Assembly: GCA_947632135.1 (NCBI GenBank)
Contig: CANRNZ010000002.1
Span: 1 to 48,055, forward strand
Source: an uncultured Clostridia bacterium
GTDB taxonomy: Bacteria > Bacillota > Clostridia > Oscillospirales > CAG-272
Reading direction: 5' to 3'
DNA length: 48,055 bases
The position numbers were made by a program, and so were the translations under genes. A model generated the notes under the pieces. The model was given only the letters and a program-made list of their open reading frames with translations, ran no database searches and had not been told where the DNA came from. Within the stretch, counting starts at the first letter, position 1; each line of letters begins with the position of its first letter. This document shows positions 43,575 through 48,055 of the stretch, one piece after another.

Positions 43575-44522
43575 TTATTGGACATTGTTTTCCTTTATTA
43601 TCGCGTTTACGTTTTCGCGGTTTATCTTACCCTCCATCGGGCCGAACGCCGCGATATTGAGCGTTGCGGCGGCGGTGGCAAGCTTTGCCGCGCCCTCGAC
43701 GCTCTCGCCCTCGATAAGTCCGCAAAGGAACGCCGCGTCAAAGCTGTCGCCCGCTCCCGTTGCGTCGACGGGTTTTGCCTTATATACTCCGAAGCTGAAA
43801 GCCTTTCCGTTTCTGTCATATATATGACAGCCGCGCGAGCCGTCCTTCAGGACTATCAGCTCGAGCTTTTCGTTTTTAAAGCAGTGCTCGACCGCGCTGT
43901 CTATGTCGTCCTTGCCGCTGAACTGAAGCAGCTCGCCGACTCCGGGCATGAACACGTTTACGTTATCCATTACCTCGGCGACAAGGTCGGACGCCTCGGG
44001 ATCCTTCATAAGCTCGGGGCGGATATTCGGGTCAAAGGAGACCTTCGCTCCCATTTTGACGGCGTTTTTCATAGTCTCGACGATGCGCCGTCCGAACGAC
44101 AGCTCAGCCGTCATGGAGCAGCCCATAATGTGGAAGAATTTCGCGCCGGCGAGCTTCTCCGGCTCGGGCGCCGGCGCCATTACGGCGGGGGTGTTTCCGA
44201 GATGGAAAATAAACTTGCGCGAGCCGTCCGCAAAATACGTCACGAAAGCGCAGCCTGTGGATATTCTGTCGTTCTTTATAACGTCGGACACATCGACCCC
44301 GTCACCCGACAGTCTGTCAAGAAGGCATTTACCGAAGTCGTCGTCTCCGACTCCGCCTATTATCTTCGCGCTGTGACCGAGACGCGCCGCGGTGTCGATA
44401 AATATAGCGGGAGCGCCGCTGGGGTACGGGCCCTTAAACGTTCCGGCTCTGTCGAGAGGCTCGTCGACGGACGCTCTCATTATCTCGACTATCATCTCGC
44501 CCATTGTGATTATTTCAGCCAT
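43575..44522 (-). CDS. PfkB-family sugar kinase (ketohexokinase/tagatose kinase-like)
   Basis: 315 aa with an N-terminal GE..VE motif region and the C-terminal PfkB signature DATGAGDSFDAAF. Confidence 0.85.
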   Translation of the reverse strand: MAEIITMGEMIVEIMRASVDEPLDRAGTFKGPYPSGAPAIFIDTAARLGHSAKIIGGVGDDDFGKCLLDRLSGDGVDVSDVIKNDRISTGCAFVTYFADGSRKFIFHLGNTPAVMAPAPEPEKLAGAKFFHIMGCSMTAELSFGRRIVETMKNAVKMGAKVSFDPNIRPELMKDPEASDLVAEVMDNVNVFMPGVGELLQFSGKDDIDSAVEHCFKNEKLELIVLKDGSRGCHIYDRNGKAFSFGVYKAKPVDATGAGDSFDAAFLCGLIEGESVEGAAKLATAAATLNIAAFGPMEGKINRENVNAIIKENNVQ

Positions 44523-44600
44523 ACTGTCACCTCACCTCTTATTTGCTTTGCCGCAGGGTGCCGCCGACATACAAAGGCGGCGGCGCCCCGCGCCTTATTT

Positions 44601-44628
44601 GATTTTGGAATTTTGGAATTTTGGAATT
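44601..44628. repeat. 8-bp tandem repeat GGAATTTT x3 between the epimerase stop and the kinase start
   Basis: Read directly: gattttggaattttggaattttggaatt. Confidence 0.9.
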
Positions 44629-44691
44629 ATTATAGAATACTCGAATAACTTAATGCCGAATGCGGCGCGTAAGATTTTATTGCGTCTCTTA

Positions 44692-45561
44692 TTATGCCTC
44701 GAATTTGCTCTTCAGGAAAACAAGGCTGTCCGCAATGTATTTGTCCATTGTCTCCTCGTCGGCGTTGCCTGACAGGTCACGGTAAACCTTTATGTCCGCG
44801 GCGACAGCCCCGCCGGGCTTCATGAACGGCTCCATAACGACGTATCCGTCGTATCCGATATCGCGCAGCGCCTCGCCAATACCGTCCCACGGGATATTGT
44901 GTCCCATGCCGGGCAGCTTTCTGTTGCACTCGCCGACATGCACGTGTCCGAGCAGGCTTCCCGCCTTGCGGAACGCCTCGGGCAAATCGTCCTCCTCTAT
45001 ATTCATATGGAAGGTATCGAGCAGCAGCTTACAGCTCTTATGACCGACCTCGCGGCAGTACTTTATCCCCTCGTCGCAGTCGTTGATAAGAGGGGTTTCA
45101 AAGCGGTTGAGAACCTCAAGGCACAAATCTATGCCGAGCTCATCCGCGACGGCGGCGACCCTTTTCATCGACTCGACGGACAGCTTCCACCTGACCTCCT
45201 TGTCGACGTCGACAAAATCGGAGGGCCATGAGTTATAGTAAGCGCCGATAAGCACCTTCGAGCCGAGCTTGTCCATTTTGTGAAGAATGTCGATGAGGAA
45301 TTTGATTCCCGCCTCTCTTACCGCGGGGTCCTTTGAGGATATGTCCTTCGACTTCGGAGGGCCGAGGTTGCAGGATATCTCAAGTCCCAGCTCCTTGCAG
45401 TAATCGCGGAGCTTTTCTATCTCGGCGTCGCTCATGTCGAGCGTGTGAGAGGCACCTATCTCCATCACGTCAAAGCCCGCCTTTTTGCACTTGTCGGCTA
45501 TCTCGTAATAGTCGCATGCCCACTCATGGGTCCAATAAGCGTAAAGTGTTCCGTATTTCAT
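44692..45561 (-). CDS. Ketohexose 3-epimerase (D-psicose/D-tagatose 3-epimerase family)
   Basis: 289 aa and collinear by eye with characterised DPEases. Motifs: MKYGTLYAYW, LEVLNRFE, DTFHMNIEE, GHVHVGECNR and VVMEPF, carrying the E/D/H/E metal ligands. Confidence 0.8.
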   Translation of the reverse strand: MKYGTLYAYWTHEWACDYYEIADKCKKAGFDVMEIGASHTLDMSDAEIEKLRDYCKELGLEISCNLGPPKSKDISSKDPAVREAGIKFLIDILHKMDKLGSKVLIGAYYNSWPSDFVDVDKEVRWKLSVESMKRVAAVADELGIDLCLEVLNRFETPLINDCDEGIKYCREVGHKSCKLLLDTFHMNIEEDDLPEAFRKAGSLLGHVHVGECNRKLPGMGHNIPWDGIGEALRDIGYDGYVVMEPFMKPGGAVAADIKVYRDLSGNADEETMDKYIADSLVFLKSKFEA

Positions 45562-45618
45562 GTTGAGCCACCTCTTTTTAAAATTTTATTTATTTTAAGC
45601 GCCTCGGCGCATTGTTTC

Positions 45619-45675
45619 GAATTTTTTGGATTTTTGAATTTTTGAATTTTTTGGATTTTTTAATTTTTTAAATTG
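45619..45675. repeat. 8-9-bp tandem repeat (G/A)(G/A)ATTTTT(T), about 6 copies, upstream of the epimerase gene
   Basis: Read directly: gaatttttt ggattttt gaattttt gaatttttt ggatttttt aatttttt. Confidence 0.9.
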
Positions 45676-45876
45676 TTTTAAACACGGGAAAATCCGTCGG
45701 GGACATTTTAAATATAAAAACCGTTCTGTAATAATTATACAATACAATAATTAAAAATGCCATAGTAATTTGTTGCAAAATTGATGTTTATATGTTGCAT
45801 TTTTACACAAAAAGCGGTATAATGTATATAAAGGTAAAAATATGTAATTTTGTTTCGTAATTTAATTTCGTATATA

Positions 45877-45904
45877 ATAATTTCGAGGATAATTTCGAGG
45901 ATAA
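45877..45904. repeat. 12-bp tandem repeat ATAATTTCGAGG x2.3 immediately upstream of the araC-like ATG
   Basis: Read directly. Confidence 0.9.
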
Positions 45905-45908
45905 GAAA

Positions 45909-46766
45909 ATGAAACAGGAGTTTATCAACGACGCGCGCGCGACGAGCGGGCTTTCGCTTTATTCGTGCGGACGCCGTGATTCGGAGGAGCCTCTCTGTTT
46001 TTCGGAGCGCGCCGCCGCGCATTACATGCTCTGCCTCATATCGGACGGCGCGGGAGAGGTCACCGCGGACGGGCGAACCTTTCTTGCCGCGAAGGGAGAG
46101 GTCTTTCTGGTAAGACCCGGCGTGAGGGTGAGCTGCGAGCCCGATTCCGATACTCCGTGGACCGTTTTATATATGGAGTTTGACGGCGGAGACGCCGAGA
46201 TATACCTTGACGAGGCGGGATTTCCCGAGGGCGAGATTGTAAAGAGGGCGAGCGGGAAAGGAATCGCGTCGGCTGTCATGAGCTGCCTTGACTTCAACGG
46301 GGAAAACGTCCCGACGCAGTCAAAGCTCACCTCGCTGCTTCTCGGCGCAATAGGCTCCCTCGGGGCAAAAAGCGGTGAAAAACGGCGCGCCGACCCCGAT
46401 ATTCAGGTCAAAAAAGCCTTGTCGTTCATTGAGCACAACTATATGCGCGGGATTACGGCAGGGGACGCGGCGCTGCACCTTAATATCGACAGGACTCATT
46501 TTTTCCGCATATTCAAGGCGCGCACAGGTCTGTCGCCCGAAAAATATATAATGAAATGCAGGGTCGACAACGCGCGGCGCATGCTCGGCGAGGGAGACAG
46601 CAGCGTGACCGAGACGGCGCTTGCGGTCGGCATCAGAGACGTTTACTACTTTTCAAAGTTCTTTAAGAAAAACACGGGAATGAGCCCGTCGGAGTATAGA
46701 AAAAGATGCAAAAACGGCGTCTTAAACTCCGAAGCAATGCAGGACGCCGAGAATAATACGCCGTAA
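45909..46766 (+). CDS. AraC-family transcriptional regulator
   Basis: Cupin-like N-terminal domain plus a double HTH C-terminus (YFSKFFKKNTGMSPSEYRK). Divergent from the epimerase operon. Confidence 0.85.
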   Translation: MKQEFINDARATSGLSLYSCGRRDSEEPLCFSERAAAHYMLCLISDGAGEVTADGRTFLAAKGEVFLVRPGVRVSCEPDSDTPWTVLYMEFDGGDAEIYLDEAGFPEGEIVKRASGKGIASAVMSCLDFNGENVPTQSKLTSLLLGAIGSLGAKSGEKRRADPDIQVKKALSFIEHNYMRGITAGDAALHLNIDRTHFFRIFKARTGLSPEKYIMKCRVDNARRMLGEGDSSVTETALAVGIRDVYYFSKFFKKNTGMSPSEYRKRCKNGVLNSEAMQDAENNTP

Positions 46767-46887
46767 AATATAAGGAGTACTCTTTACAGAAAACAGACAG
46801 AAGGACGGACATAAAGACGGATTAAGAGACAGACAAAAGCTCAAAAGCCCGAGCGAAAATAAGCTGAAAGAAGAAACGGAGGAGAAT

Positions 46888-47649
46888 ATGGAGGACAAAA
46901 AAGAAAACAAAGCGGAGAGCAAAACCGAAAAAAACGCTTTTTCGCCGCTGACGTGTTCGCCCGTAATACTGTGCCCGCCGATAAACGCCTCCGCGCTTCT
47001 GAGAGAAAATTACACGCTTGTGTGCCTTATCCGCCACGGTCAGACGGACTGGAACGCGGTAATGCGCCTCCAGGGACGCGAGTGCGTGCCGCTGAACGAC
47101 ATCGGGCGGTGTCAGGCGAAAAACTGCGCCGAAACGCTGCGCGACGCGAAAGAGAGCGGCTTTTGCCCGACGAAGGTATTCTCCTCGCCGCTGTCGAGGG
47201 CAAAGGAAACTGCGGACTTAATAGCGGAGCGGCTCGGTCTCGGCGACACGCTGACCGAGGAAATGCTGATAGAGAGAAACTACGGAGAGCTGTCGGGGCT
47301 TACTCTTGAGGAAAGAAGGCTTAAATTCCCGCGCGGCGAAAGGCAGGCGAGCGGGGTCGAGTCCGTGTCCGAGGCGGCATTCAGAATGAAAAGGGCGATG
47401 AGGAAGCTTGCGATTTCGAGCCGAAGGGAGACAGTTATCGCGGTCACGCACGGCGGTGTGCTCAACGCCTTGTTTATAAGGATAACGCGCGGCAAGGTCG
47501 GCACGGGGAAAAACATATCGCCGAACTGCGGCATATCTCTTGTCGCCGCGAGCAGAATAGCGACTGTTCCGCTGGCGTACGGGCTGAAGGACGAGGCGTT
47601 TCTTGAATACATACGCGAAATGGGGATACAGGGGAAAGAGCATAGCTGA
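46888..47649 (+). CDS. Histidine phosphatase family protein (phosphoglycerate mutase-like)
   Basis: Has the RHGQTDWN catalytic motif and a downstream H (VTHGGV). GGAGGAG RBS lies upstream. It has an unusual N-terminal extension of about 45 aa. Confidence 0.75.
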   Translation: MEDKKENKAESKTEKNAFSPLTCSPVILCPPINASALLRENYTLVCLIRHGQTDWNAVMRLQGRECVPLNDIGRCQAKNCAETLRDAKESGFCPTKVFSSPLSRAKETADLIAERLGLGDTLTEEMLIERNYGELSGLTLEERRLKFPRGERQASGVESVSEAAFRMKRAMRKLAISSRRETVIAVTHGGVLNALFIRITRGKVGTGKNISPNCGISLVAASRIATVPLAYGLKDEAFLEYIREMGIQGKEHS

Positions 47650-47657
47650 AAGACGTT

Positions 47658-47694
47658 AAAGTTCGCACAGACCAAGCACAAAAAGTTTTCGCCC
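47658..47694. repeat. Dispersed repeat family A, inverted copy
   Basis: AAAGTTCGCACAGACCAAGCACAAAAAGTTTTCGCCC is the reverse complement of the family A core. Confidence 0.9.
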
Positions 47695-47782
47695 ACCTTG
47701 CCCTTGGGGTCCCCGCAAAAGCTTTGCTTTTGTGGGGAGTGGCTCAAAAAGGTGGCGGGGGCCGAGGCGGCGCCCCGACTTT

Positions 47783-47836
47783 ACGCGTTCTTTTTGCAAA
47801 GCTTTTTCCTCGGCTTCTGAGTCAAGAAAAAACGTC
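47783..47836. repeat. Dispersed repeat family B, copy 2
   Basis: Matches 25-78 at 52 of 54 positions by eye. Confidence 0.95.
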
Positions 47837-47888
47837 AGGCGGTGCGCGCTGTGTAAAAACTCGGGGCAGTGCCTTCAAGAGCCTCCCC

Positions 47889-47933
47889 TGAAAGGGGAGG
47901 TGGCGCGAAGCGCCGGTGGGGTTTATAAAGTTT
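47889..47933. repeat. Dispersed double-hairpin element, family D, copy 2
   Basis: GAGCCTCCCCTGAAAGGGGAGGTGGCGCGAAGCGCCGGTGGGGTT is near-identical to 24036-24079 and in the same orientation. Confidence 0.9.
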
Positions 47934-47977
47934 TAAAGATAAAAATTTCGGGGGCTTTTCAGCCCCCGAGTTTTTAT

Positions 47978-48055
47978 AAAACTAACTTCACCGACGCTTT
48001 TCTTTGACGCAATCGGCGCAAAGAAAAGCTGCAAAAGAAACGCCATGTCTCGGGG
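47978..48055. repeat. Dispersed repeat family C, copy 2 (runs to the window end)
   Basis: See copy 1. The window ends inside or just after this element. Confidence 0.9.

Noticed and set aside
43578-44648. 356-aa + strand ORF.
   Set aside because: It is antisense to the PfkB kinase gene, has an Arg-rich composition and has no recognisable domain.
1-48055. Direct repeats B and C at both ends might mean a circular replicon or a large mobile element bounded by the repeats.
   Set aside because: The content is core housekeeping (thrS, gltBD, truB, rbfA, greA, purA) with no replication, mobilisation or integration genes. The ends do not overlap each other. Assembly breaking at a high-copy repeat is the simpler explanation.

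Overview
This 48-kb window looks like a chromosomal segment of a Clostridia-type Firmicute. It is probably a whole contig, because both ends stop inside the same dispersed repeat family. I call about 38 protein genes and one tRNA-Ala(GGC). I saw no rRNA, CRISPR array, transposase, integrase or phage gene.

Gene content from left to right:
- potB-potC-potD polyamine-type ABC genes, with no ATPase gene.
- A minus-strand run: NagD-like HAD, purA, a linker-less pyrG-purB fusion ORF, an ANTAR regulator with a degenerate receiver domain, and a short GS-I-like glnA.
- A 900-bp divergent control region with two near-consensus promoters. Each promoter is followed by a leader of about 280 nt carrying two terminator-like hairpins.
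- glnN (GS type III)-asnB-gltB-gltD.
- A small accessory stretch: HAD, Maa-like acetyltransferase, zinc-ribbon membrane protein, tRNA-Ala, an unpaired ParE/GyrB-like subunit, and lipoprotein-DHHW-MBOAT-RHH.
- An EamA transporter, then truB-nrnA-rbfA, a SLOG/XRE pair, greA and thrS.
- A phospholipid head-group cluster: psd-pssA-MprF-TM-like-PAP2.
- A ketohexose 3-epimerase/PfkB kinase/class-II aldolase operon with a divergent AraC regulator, and a histidine phosphatase.

Most notable observations:
- The PyrG-PurB fusion.
- The glutamine-centred regulon architecture: a pseudo-receiver ANTAR regulator plus twin attenuator leaders.
- Short 8-14 bp tandem repeats at almost every gene boundary, which sometimes run into coding termini.
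- Several dispersed hairpin-rich repeat families.

All functional calls come from motif recognition by eye. No database search was run.
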